Below the pieces are notes generated by a model. That model made no database searches and had not been told where the DNA came from. It saw nothing but the letters and a program-made list of their open reading frames with translations. 64,000 nucleotides of DNA. Source: Lama glama. Lineage: Eukaryota. The DNA lies in NCBI GenBank assembly GCA_028534125.1, contig CM052837.1, positions 36,456,001 to 36,520,000 on the forward strand. Direction: 5' to 3'. Shown here piece by piece: positions 49,401-54,083 of the stretch. Every line of letters begins with the position of its first letter. Position 1 is the first letter of the stretch. The translations under genes were made by a program, and so were the position numbers.

Positions 49401-49559
49401 NNNNNNNNNNNNNNNNNNNNNNNNNNNNNNNNNNNNNNNNNNNNNNNNNNNNNNNNNNNNNNNNNNNNNNNNNNNNNNNNNNNNNNNNNNNNNNNNNNNN
49501 NNNNNNGGCGGCAGCGCGGGGCCCCAGGGGCCGCGGGGCCGCGCGCCCGGCTTCGCCAT
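8..49559 (-). CDS. LAMA5: Laminin subunit alpha-5, multi-exon gene; exons 1-77 in window, 3' end runs off the left edge
   Basis: Spliced translation gives laminin alpha-5 sequence ([41 protein letters not shown], many LE repeats, [24 protein letters not shown] domains). All 76 introns have AG acceptors and GT donors (two GC), and exon phases are compatible throughout. Confidence 0.99.
269..431 (-). CDS. LAMA5: LAMA5 exon 76 (LG4/LG5)
   Basis: [54 protein letters not shown]; 163 nt. Confidence 0.94.
535..699 (-). CDS. LAMA5: LAMA5 exon 75 (LG4)
   Basis: [55 protein letters not shown]; 165 nt. Confidence 0.95.
776..968 (-). CDS. LAMA5: LAMA5 exon 74 (LG4)
   Basis: [64 protein letters not shown]; 193 nt. 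Confidence 0.95.
1047..1192 (-). CDS. LAMA5: LAMA5 exon 73 (linker / LG4)
   Basis: [48 protein letters not shown]; 146 nt. Confidence 0.95.
1277..1415 (-). CDS. LAMA5: LAMA5 exon 72 (LG3 end / linker)
   Basis: [46 protein letters not shown]; 139 nt. Confidence 0.95.
1495..1665 (-). CDS. LAMA5: LAMA5 exon 71 (LG3)
   Basis: [17 protein letters not shown]...[25 protein letters not shown]; 171 nt. Confidence 0.96.
1786..1916 (-). CDS. LAMA5: LAMA5 exon 70 (LG3)
   Basis: [43 protein letters not shown]; 131 nt. Confidence 0.95.
2020..2166 (-). CDS. LAMA5: LAMA5 exon 69 (LG3)
   Basis: [49 protein letters not shown]; 147 nt. Confidence 0.96.
2253..2385 (-). CDS. LAMA5: LAMA5 exon 68 (LG2)
   Basis: [44 protein letters not shown]; 133 nt. 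Confidence 0.96.
2465..2613 (-). CDS. LAMA5: LAMA5 exon 67 (LG2)
   Basis: [49 protein letters not shown]; 149 nt. Confidence 0.96.
2711..2833 (-). CDS. LAMA5: LAMA5 exon 66 (LG2)
   Basis: [41 protein letters not shown]; 123 nt. Confidence 0.96.
2908..3070 (-). CDS. LAMA5: LAMA5 exon 65 (LG2; GC donor)
   Basis: [54 protein letters not shown]; ends CAG|GCACGT; 163 nt. Confidence 0.92.
3143..3276 (-). CDS. LAMA5: LAMA5 exon 64 (LG1)
   Basis: [44 protein letters not shown]; 134 nt. Confidence 0.96.
3415..3568 (-). CDS. LAMA5: LAMA5 exon 63 (LG1)
   Basis: [51 protein letters not shown]; 154 nt. Confidence 0.96.
3666..3802 (-). CDS. LAMA5: LAMA5 exon 62 (LG1)
   Basis: [45 protein letters not shown]; 137 nt. 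Confidence 0.96.
3904..4074 (-). CDS. LAMA5: LAMA5 exon 61 (LG1)
   Basis: [57 protein letters not shown]; 171 nt. Confidence 0.96.
4151..4299 (-). CDS. LAMA5: LAMA5 exon 60 (coiled-coil end)
   Basis: [49 protein letters not shown]; 149 nt. Confidence 0.96.
4383..4562 (-). CDS. LAMA5: LAMA5 exon 59
   Basis: [59 protein letters not shown]; 180 nt. Confidence 0.96.
5362..5472 (-). CDS. LAMA5: LAMA5 exon 58
   Basis: [36 protein letters not shown]; 111 nt. Confidence 0.95.
6058..6160 (-). CDS. LAMA5: LAMA5 exon 57
   Basis: [34 protein letters not shown]; 103 nt. Confidence 0.95.
6255..6396 (-). CDS. LAMA5: LAMA5 exon 56
   Basis: [47 protein letters not shown]; 142 nt. Confidence 0.96.
6671..6825 (-). 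CDS. LAMA5: LAMA5 exon 55
   Basis: [51 protein letters not shown]; 155 nt. Confidence 0.96.
6964..7080 (-). CDS. LAMA5: LAMA5 exon 54
   Basis: [39 protein letters not shown]; 117 nt. Confidence 0.95.
7085..7337. repeat. Degenerate G-rich minisatellite (GGGGAGGGGGATCAT-like units) filling intron 53
   Basis: Repeated GGGGA/GGGGGATCAT/GATGAT units, with very few C on the + strand. Confidence 0.85.
7362..7558 (-). CDS. LAMA5: LAMA5 exon 53
   Basis: [65 protein letters not shown]; 197 nt. Confidence 0.96.
7701..7871 (-). CDS. LAMA5: LAMA5 exon 52
   Basis: [56 protein letters not shown]; 171 nt. Confidence 0.95.
8547..8658 (-). CDS. LAMA5: LAMA5 exon 51
   Basis: [37 protein letters not shown]; 112 nt. 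Confidence 0.94.
8895..9005 (-). CDS. LAMA5: LAMA5 exon 50 (coiled coil; GC donor)
   Basis: [37 protein letters not shown]; ends CAG|GCAGGC; 111 nt. Confidence 0.9.
9073..9224 (-). CDS. LAMA5: LAMA5 exon 49 (coiled-coil start)
   Basis: [50 protein letters not shown]; 152 nt. Confidence 0.96.
9592..9741 (-). CDS. LAMA5: LAMA5 exon 48 (LE)
   Basis: [49 protein letters not shown]; 150 nt. Confidence 0.95.
9827..10007 (-). CDS. LAMA5: LAMA5 exon 47 (LE)
   Basis: [60 protein letters not shown]; 181 nt. Confidence 0.96.
10089..10150. repeat. 3x ~21-bp tandem repeat AAGCCCCACCCC(T)CAGCCATG
   Basis: Three adjacent copies in intron 46. Confidence 0.85.
10160..10260 (-). CDS. LAMA5: LAMA5 exon 46 (LE)
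   Basis: [33 protein letters not shown]; 101 nt. Confidence 0.96.
10665..10879 (-). CDS. LAMA5: LAMA5 exon 45 (LE)
   Basis: [71 protein letters not shown]; 215 nt. Confidence 0.96.
10849..11060. repeat. Direct duplication of ~80 bp (intron 44 3' end + exon 45 5' end), acceptors 131 bp apart
   Basis: 10849-10929 vs 10981-11060 align with about 10 substitutions and one 1-bp indel (counted by hand). Confidence 0.92.
11093..11173 (-). CDS. LAMA5: LAMA5 exon 44 (LE)
   Basis: [26 protein letters not shown]; 81 nt. Confidence 0.95.
11413..11540 (-). CDS. LAMA5: LAMA5 exon 43 (LE)
   Basis: [42 protein letters not shown]; 128 nt. Confidence 0.96.
11772..11885 (-). CDS. LAMA5: LAMA5 exon 42 (LE)
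   Basis: [38 protein letters not shown]; 114 nt. Confidence 0.96.
12443..12673 (-). CDS. LAMA5: LAMA5 exon 41 (L4b end, RGD)
   Basis: [35 protein letters not shown]...[16 protein letters not shown]; 231 nt. Confidence 0.96.
12790..13010 (+). mobile_element. LINE-1 ORF2 fragment in intron 40
   Basis: TTTCTTAAGACACAAAAGCACTAACTGTAAATGAAAA...TTAAGAATAAGAGCTTCTGTTCATCACGAGACACC. Confidence 0.6.
13227..13310 (-). CDS. LAMA5: LAMA5 exon 40
   Basis: [28 protein letters not shown]; 84 nt. Confidence 0.96.
13413..13514 (-). CDS. LAMA5: LAMA5 exon 39 (L4b, RGD)
   Basis: [34 protein letters not shown]; 102 nt. Confidence 0.96.
13680..13841 (-). CDS. LAMA5: LAMA5 exon 38 (L4b/IVa)
   Basis: [54 protein letters not shown]; 162 nt. 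Confidence 0.96.
13983..14123 (-). CDS. LAMA5: LAMA5 exon 37 (LE)
   Basis: [47 protein letters not shown]; 141 nt. Confidence 0.96.
14301..14445 (-). CDS. LAMA5: LAMA5 exon 36 (LE)
   Basis: [48 protein letters not shown]; 145 nt. Confidence 0.96.
14683..14887 (-). CDS. LAMA5: LAMA5 exon 35 (LE)
   Basis: [67 protein letters not shown]; 205 nt. Confidence 0.96.
15221..15432 (-). CDS. LAMA5: LAMA5 exon 34 (L4a end / LE)
   Basis: [70 protein letters not shown]; 212 nt. Confidence 0.96.
15523..15638 (-). CDS. LAMA5: LAMA5 exon 33
   Basis: [38 protein letters not shown]; 116 nt. Confidence 0.96.
16169..16308 (-). CDS. LAMA5: LAMA5 exon 32
   Basis: [46 protein letters not shown]; 140 nt. Confidence 0.96.
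16922..17048 (-). CDS. LAMA5: LAMA5 exon 31
   Basis: [42 protein letters not shown]; 127 nt. Confidence 0.96.
17156..17357 (-). CDS. LAMA5: LAMA5 exon 30
   Basis: [28 protein letters not shown]...[13 protein letters not shown]; 202 nt. Confidence 0.95.
17437..17534 (-). CDS. LAMA5: LAMA5 exon 29
   Basis: [32 protein letters not shown]; 98 nt. Confidence 0.94.
17770..18330 (+). mobile_element. Old L1 3'UTR-like fragments in intron 28
   Basis: ATGTGTGATTCCAGTTACAGAAAGTTCCAGAACAGGCAGGCTA...CAGTGGCTACCC resembles L1MC/ME 3' ends. Confidence 0.45.
18930..19038 (-). CDS. LAMA5: LAMA5 exon 28
   Basis: [36 protein letters not shown]; 109 nt. Confidence 0.96.
19135..19295 (-). CDS. LAMA5: LAMA5 exon 27
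   Basis: [53 protein letters not shown]; 161 nt. Confidence 0.96.
19818..19971 (-). CDS. LAMA5: LAMA5 exon 26
   Basis: [51 protein letters not shown]; 154 nt. Confidence 0.96.
20066..20172 (-). CDS. LAMA5: LAMA5 exon 25
   Basis: [35 protein letters not shown]; 107 nt. Confidence 0.96.
20256..20398 (-). CDS. LAMA5: LAMA5 exon 24
   Basis: [47 protein letters not shown]; 143 nt. Confidence 0.96.
20545..20683 (-). CDS. LAMA5: LAMA5 exon 23
   Basis: [46 protein letters not shown]; 139 nt. Confidence 0.96.
20834..20990 (-). CDS. LAMA5: LAMA5 exon 22 (L4a/IVb)
   Basis: [52 protein letters not shown]; 157 nt. Confidence 0.96.
21142..21241 (-). CDS. LAMA5: LAMA5 exon 21 (LE)
   Basis: [32 protein letters not shown]; 100 nt. 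Confidence 0.95.
21546..21651 (-). CDS. LAMA5: LAMA5 exon 20 (LE)
   Basis: [35 protein letters not shown]; 106 nt. Confidence 0.96.
21740..21792 (-). CDS. LAMA5: LAMA5 exon 19 (LE)
   Basis: [17 protein letters not shown]; 53 nt. Confidence 0.95.
21941..22046 (-). CDS. LAMA5: LAMA5 exon 18 (LE)
   Basis: [35 protein letters not shown]; 106 nt. Confidence 0.96.
22273..22325 (-). CDS. LAMA5: LAMA5 exon 17
   Basis: [17 protein letters not shown], found by hand (not in ORF track); CAG/GTGAG; 53 nt restores phase. Confidence 0.93.
22743..22880 (-). CDS. LAMA5: LAMA5 exon 16 (LE)
   Basis: [45 protein letters not shown]; 138 nt. Confidence 0.96.
22951..23085 (-). CDS. LAMA5: LAMA5 exon 15 (LE)
   Basis: [43 protein letters not shown]; 135 nt. 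Confidence 0.96.
23163..23297 (-). CDS. LAMA5: LAMA5 exon 14 (LE)
   Basis: [44 protein letters not shown]; 135 nt. Confidence 0.96.
23391..23528 (-). CDS. LAMA5: LAMA5 exon 13 (LE)
   Basis: [45 protein letters not shown]; 138 nt. Confidence 0.96.
23617..23757 (-). CDS. LAMA5: LAMA5 exon 12 (LE)
   Basis: [46 protein letters not shown]; 141 nt. Confidence 0.96.
25114..25260 (-). mobile_element. MER20-like hAT-Charlie fragment
   Basis: Reverse complement reads GTGATTTTGATCCACAGGAAAATGTCTGGAGAC...CACTGGCATCTGGTGG...GCCAGGGATGCTG, like the MER20 consensus as I recall it. Confidence 0.75.
25403..25432. repeat. (AC)15 microsatellite
   Basis: Perfect dinucleotide run. Confidence 0.95.
25445..25780 (+). 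mobile_element. LINE-1 3' end fragment (L1MA-like)
   Basis: CAGATTGGTAGTTGCCAGAGG...CAAAAGGTACAAACTTCCAG...AGATCTTAAAAGTTCTC...CCTGAAACTAACATAAC are L1 3'UTR hallmarks; subfamily unverified. Confidence 0.75.
26550..26738 (+). mobile_element. MER58A-like hAT-Charlie non-autonomous DNA transposon, full ends
   Basis: Perfect 12-bp TIRs CAGGGATCGGCA / TGCCGATCCCTG. Internal ATAAAGTTTTATTGACACACAGCCACACCCATTC typical of MER58A. 8-bp flanks GTTTACAC / GTTTACCT. Confidence 0.85.
27784..27846 (-). CDS. LAMA5: LAMA5 exon 11 (linker)
   Basis: [20 protein letters not shown]; the GTAAGT donor keeps frame with exon 12; 63 nt. Confidence 0.92.
   Translation of the reverse strand, partial: PCPPSPTMTPGSRCCRPDRL
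28015..28149 (-). CDS. LAMA5: LAMA5 exon 10 (LE)
   Basis: [44 protein letters not shown]; 135 nt. Confidence 0.96.
28359..28449 (-). CDS. LAMA5: LAMA5 exon 9 (LE)
   Basis: [30 protein letters not shown]; 91 nt. Confidence 0.97.
28571..28689 (-). CDS. LAMA5: LAMA5 exon 8 (LE)
   Basis: [39 protein letters not shown]; 119 nt. Confidence 0.97.
28825..29160. repeat. TG/RY-alternating low-complexity tract in intron 7
   Basis: GTGTGT/GCACGT/ATGTGT degenerate runs. Confidence 0.75.
29169..29284 (-). CDS. LAMA5: LAMA5 exon 7 (LE)
   Basis: [38 protein letters not shown]; 116 nt. Confidence 0.97.
30730..31560 (+). mobile_element. Decayed LINE-1 ORF1-like remnant hosting the SINE
   Basis: AAAATAAAATTATTGAAATTAAAGATTCAAAGGATGGGCTAGACAGCAGATCAGACACAGCTGAAGA, rejoined across the SINE, resembles old L1 ORF1. 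Confidence 0.5.
30909..31029 (+). mobile_element. tRNA-Ala-derived SINE (vic-1-like) with 15-bp target-site duplication
   Basis: TAGCTCAGCGGTAGAGCACATGCTTAGCATGCATCGGGTCCTGGGTTCCATCCCCAG (A box, AGC anticodon arm, B box), then AACCTAATTATCTCCCC and an A-rich tail. Flanks AAAGATTCAAAGGAT (30894-30908) and AAAGACTCGAAGGAT (31030-31044). Confidence 0.88.
33834..33931 (-). CDS. LAMA5: LAMA5 exon 6 (LN end / LE)
   Basis: [32 protein letters not shown]; 98 nt. Confidence 0.97.
34068..34238 (-). CDS. LAMA5: LAMA5 exon 5 (LN)
   Basis: [57 protein letters not shown]; 171 nt. Confidence 0.97.
34339..34457 (-). CDS. LAMA5: LAMA5 exon 4 (LN)
   Basis: [39 protein letters not shown]; 119 nt. Confidence 0.97.
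34671..34709. repeat. 15-bp tandem repeat CCCTGCCCAGGCTGA x2.6
   Basis: Direct reading, intron 3. Confidence 0.85.
35270..35387 (-). CDS. LAMA5: LAMA5 exon 3 (LN)
   Basis: [39 protein letters not shown]; 118 nt. Confidence 0.97.
44519..44671 (-). CDS. LAMA5: LAMA5 exon 2 (LN)
   Basis: [51 protein letters not shown]; AG/GT, 153 nt. Confidence 0.97.
44987..45070 (+). mobile_element. Diverged tRNA-derived SINE head
   Basis: GCTCAGTGGCACAGCCTGTGCTTGG...GCACGAGGTCCCGGGTTCAACCCCCAGTGCC resembles the same family. Confidence 0.65.
45565..45645 (+). mobile_element. MIR fragment
   Basis: GGCCAAGTCAC...CTGAGCCTCAGTGTCCCCATCTGAAGAGTGGGGGTAAT, MIR core. Confidence 0.65.
47750..47875 (-). mobile_element. 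MIR fragment
   Basis: CCCGTTTTACAGACGAGGAGCCTGAGGCTCAGGGAGG...GTCGCACAGCTA, MIR core. Confidence 0.7.
49269..49559 (-). CDS. LAMA5: LAMA5 exon 1 (signal peptide, LN start; partly N gap)
   Basis: ATG 49557-49559, [17 protein letters not shown]...[36 protein letters not shown], donor GTGAG. Confidence 0.95.
49377..49506. other. Assembly gap (130 N) inside exon 1
   Basis: Run of N; frame is preserved across it. Confidence 0.99.
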
Positions 49560-52500
49560 CTTCCAGCTCCGGGGACAGCGAGCGCGGCGGGAACCCGGCG
49601 AGTCTGCAGCGCGGCCGCCGGCCCGGCCCGGCTCGCTCCGCCCGAGGACGTCAGGCCCCGCCCCGGCCCGCCCGGGCGCCCGCGCCCCGCGCCCCGGGGA
49701 GGGGGCGGGGGAGGCCGGGGGGAGGGGCGGCCGGCGGCCTTAACCCTTGGGACCCCGGCCCGGCTGGCCTTCCGGAAAGGACACCTGCTGGCCTCGGGCC
49801 AGGCCGTGGGAACGCGACGCCGCGGCGGCCCCCAGGGCGTGGCTCCCGGTCCCGGGCGCTCCCCTTGCGCCCTCCAGCACCCCTCGCCCCGGCGGGCCGG
49901 CCCGCTCTACCTAGTCTGGCGGCTCGGTTCTTTGTTTCCCTAACTTCGGGCACATCGTGGCGGAGCGCCCCCGGCGGCCTCAACTCAGGCGACGCGGCCG
50001 GGAGTCGGACACGTTCGCCACGGGTCCAGTCGTGGCATCTCCCCCATCAACGGCCCAACTCGTCCCCACCATAACTCCAGAATGGCCACAGCATCCCAGA
50101 CGACTTCCACCTGGGAGCCTGGATGCTTGGGTTCCCAGGCTTGAGGGGGTGAACTCCGGAGACAAAGCATCACCTCTTTGACCCCCGCAGGTTTTTGGGT
50201 TTTCTCCCCTCATACTGGCCCTTATCCGCCCCATCTAGCAGGTGTGTGGGAAGGTGCACTCTGCCAGCTGTGAGTGTGCTGGGAATCTGATCTGATGAGA
50301 GACAGGGAGAGTCCGACAGGGGATCCCATCTTCCCTGGGGTGGCCAGGTCAGATTCAACCCACCTGGCTCCCACCTGCCCAGGGTTTGGCTTAAAAATAC
50401 TCTAAAATCCGGAAATGGATCAGGAGGGACTGGACCCACCCAGGGGGTCCCTGTGTCCAATGGAGGATGCTCAGAGCCCAGTGCGTGCCAGGAAGATTGG
50501 CTGTGAAAGAGGACATCTCCTGGGCACCTGCTGTGTCCGGGGTGGGGGGGAGCAGGCAGGCGTGAGCCCACCCTCGCGCCTGGGTGTGCCCTGTTTTGGG
50601 GCTCTGTGGATTCTGCCATCTTTGTCTGCCGGTCAGACCCTCCCGTTCAGGGCAGGCACTCAAGGACACCAGGGAAATGGGCCGGAGCCTAGAAGCCTGA
50701 GCTCAGAGTGGTGTCCCAGCTGTTTCTGTGTTTGGGTGGCTTCAGCCACTGGGTCTCCTCCCCTCAGGCTCCTGGCCCAAACTGGCCTCAAGGGAAGCCC
50801 TGATGGGGCGAGGCGGGTGCAGCTGCTGGGCTGGCAGCTCCCCCCCATTCTCTGAGCCAGGCCAGCCGGGTGTCTGCCCCACGTGGGACCCCCTGGACAG
50901 TCCTGGGGAGCCGGGTGAGTGTGTGGGGTGATGGCCAGCTGGTCCTGGCAGGGGTCCTGCCCCAGCAGCTGTTCCCGGAAGGTTGCACCACTAGCTACAT
51001 CTCCCTGGCTGTCCCCGGACTCCAGCAAATCCTGAATCCCAAGGGACTGGACTGACGCTTCTCTAGGAGTTGAGAAACAGGCAATGAAATGACCCTGCTC
51101 CCCACCTCCCTCCCCTCTCCCCTCTCCCCTTCCCTCTCCCTCCTCTTCCAGCAATTCGGTACCTCAACCTGGGGAAGGCAAGAAAAGGTGGTTCCCTAAG
51201 CTGGAGAAGCTCTGACTGGGGGAGGGGCTGGCCCATGGGAAGGAGGACCTGCAGGAATCTGGAGTCCTGGAGCAGACAGGCTAGCTCGAGATGTAATTTA
51301 TGATCCCTTGGGAGGCACACACGGAGGGTCCCCAGATGGGGGATTTGACCTGCCCCCACTCCACTCCGCCTTCCCTATTGTCCAGAGGCCCCCATCACAC
51401 ACATCTCAGCAGTACCTTCTGGCCCCGGCACCCCCTGACAGCTGGGGACCCAGGCAGCCCTGGGGGCTGGGGCTGGAAACCCCCCACGCTGGCTTCTCTA
51501 CGTGTGGTGCGGCTAGCGGGCAGAGGTGAGGGGTGGGAGCCCTCTGAGCCTCCTGGCAGCCAAGCACAGGCAGGAGGGAGCGGCAGCTGCTGGAGAATGC
51601 GCTGAGTCAGCCGAGCATCCGGCGCTGGGGGGGTTAATCCTGGGCTAGCTGCTTCCCAGCCGACAGCTGCCCCAGAAGCAACTGGGCAAGGGGAGAACGG
51701 TGGGGTGAAGTGGGCACAGGAGAATGTGACAAAAGGGGCTGGGCAAGGTGCCCACCCTCTGCCCCTACCCCGTGCCAGCTGGTGTGCCCCAGCCGGGGCA
51801 GCGTGGAGGATGGAGGTGTTATCCCAGCCAGGCACACTGGCCTCTTGGGTGGGGGGAGGGGTTTCTGGGGGCAGGTCGTAGGCAGGGCAAGGGAGAGGGG
51901 CCCATCTCTGCCCACCTTCCCCCTTGCTGCCCGTGTCACCTTTCCAGCAAATCATCTCCAGACAGCCCAGCGAGTGTGTCTCCCGTCTTGCTTTGACTCC
52001 TGGGCTACCCAGCACCTTTCCTACTTAGGAGCTGGGAAACTGAGGACAAAGGTCCAGCGGTGGGTCAAGAACACGTAGCTAGCAAGGGGGAGGGAGTTGG
52101 TCTGTCACTCATTTTCTCCCCCTGTGTGTACTGGACACCATTCGGGCACAGGTCCCCAATGTAGCGCCCCCTCCCCAAAGCAGACCGGCCCAGCTTTCTG
52201 TCCCAAGTCCACAGGAGGGGGATGCCCACTCTTGGGGGGTCAGAGTGGGAGGAGTCAGCTCACGGGGGAGGGGCGTGGAGGCTACCAGTCCTCCTCTGTC
52301 TTTCGAGGCTCTCGCCAACCCCCACCCCAGGGTAACAGGAGCCCCAGGACCTGTGGGAGGTCAGACACAGATGGCAGCCCGACTGGGGAAGAGATGCTTC
52401 TGGCCCGGGGTGCAGGTTCGCGGAGTGCCCCTCAGCCCCGGGACGTGGGGTCTGGGCCAGAGGAGCCTGCCCTCGGGACAGCGCCCCTCACCTGAGCCCG

Positions 52501-53938
52501 GAGCCTGACAGCAACCCCGGGAGCCCCCTGCTCGGCCCCATCTGTGGGGCAGCTGTGGGGACACACCTGCCTCAGCCTAAGCCCTAAAAGTGACCTCTCC
52601 GGGAAGCAGCTGTAGGGGGCGCCACTCGCTTTACGCTTGCGCAGCATCACCGTGTCACAATCGGTAGCAGATGGCTGTAACGGAGCGCCTGTCCCAGAGC
52701 CCAGCTCTCGCAAGGGGCCCTGCACCCTTGGGAGGAGCTGCACGGTAGAGGCGGGTCTGTGCGGCGCCGTGTGGGGAGAAGGAAGCCCCCATCCCCGGGC
52801 GGGCGTGCGAGCAAGGCGCGAGGCTCTCTGCTCCTTGCCCGGGGTGTTTGTCTCTGCAGGAAGAGGGTTCGGAGCCCCCAGGCTGTGGTGTGGAGTATCT
52901 GAGACTGCGCTCCCTCCCCTGGGCTGCTCTGATGCCCTTCCAGGGAGCCCAGCTTTGAGAACCGGTACCATGTCCCGAGGGCAGAGCAGCGGGGGGTGGG
53001 GGGGCAAGGGCAAGGCTGAGGCTGGTGGCCGCTGCCAGCCCGGTGGAGGAGGACGTGGACCAGCTGGGAGCCCTGAGACAAGGCCTCGTTACTTAGGAGG
53101 CTGTAAGCCCAGCAGGACGGGGACCAGGAGAGCTCCCAGGCCTCTTGGCCGCTGCTCAGCCTGGAGTCCTCCCCCGACCTGGGGCTGGCACAGTCCACTG
53201 CCCAGCAGCCCAGCTCCCGGCTGCTGAAGGAGCTGGAGGCCAGCAGGCAAAGGACAAGCCTCAGTGAACCGAACGGGTATCAGGGCCCGAGGACGGCAGG
53301 AGGCCCAGGGCAGTGGCTGCACCCCCACAGGCCAGGAGCATCCCATCCCCTCCTGGGCTGCCACCTGTCCCCAGCCCTCCAAGGGCTGCTGCCTTCAGTA
53401 GGATGGGGCCAGGTGAGTCCCAGCATTTCCAGCGTGAGGAGGGTCTGGGGACAGGTCCCTTGCTGCTCCCTAAGGAGTGGTGTCTCCTCTCCACCTGCAG
53501 GCCCACCTGGGCCACCTCCGGGCTCTCCCCAGCTTTCAGGGCATGTGGCTCTGGGAAACCTCAGAGGCCCCCAGACTTTGGGTTGACCCCAACCAGATGG
53601 CACTGACCCCACGCTGCCTGGCCAAGGCTGCTCCTTTGGGAGCCTTCTGACCCTGGAGCACTGGAGGGTCCACCTCTGCTGGCTGTGTGCCCAGCTCACA
53701 GGCCACACTCCCCCAGAGTGCCCACTGCAGGCCTGATCCCCGGGGGTCCTGATGCGGGCGCCTGCACACCAGAGGTGCTTTGAGACCTGGGCTGGCCAGC
53801 CCCCCAGGTCCTGGGCTATCCACAGAGGTTCCCCAAGGCTCCTTTCTCCCATTCGGATCATCGTCTTCCTGGCTGGTGTCCTGGACTGGCAGGCCTGACC
53901 CTATAAAAAGCATATGACCCCGGGATACTCTGAAATCT

Positions 53939-54083
53939 GGGGCTTCAGGGGTGGAGCACGTGCTTAGCATGCACAAGACCCTGGGCTCAATCCCTGGTGC
54001 CTCCATGTAAACAAACAAACAAACAAACAAACCTAATTACCTCCCCCCTACAAAAAAAATAATTAAAAAAAAATAAAAAAATA
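53939..54083 (+). mobile_element. tRNA-Ala-derived SINE (same family), degenerate 5' end
   Basis: GAGCACGTGCTTAGCATGCACAAGACCCTGGGCTCAATCCCTGGTGCCTCCA + (AAAC)n + AACCTAATTACCTCCCC + A-rich tail. Confidence 0.85.

Larger units (their letters stand above)
48850..50050 (-). promoter_or_regulatory. CpG island / TATA-less LAMA5 promoter spanning exon 1
   Basis: Very dense CpG and GC content. GC boxes (GGGGCGGGG at about 49701, CCCCGCCCC at about 49656), near-CRE GGACGTCA 49646-49653 and palindromic ETS-like TTCCGGAA at about 49770, directly upstream of the ATG. Boundaries estimated by eye. Confidence 0.85.

Noticed and set aside
53902-53908. TATAAAA box upstream of the SINE at 53939
   Set aside because: No downstream exon or ORF support. 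It resembles an A-rich retrotransposon target site that is loosely repeated after the tail.
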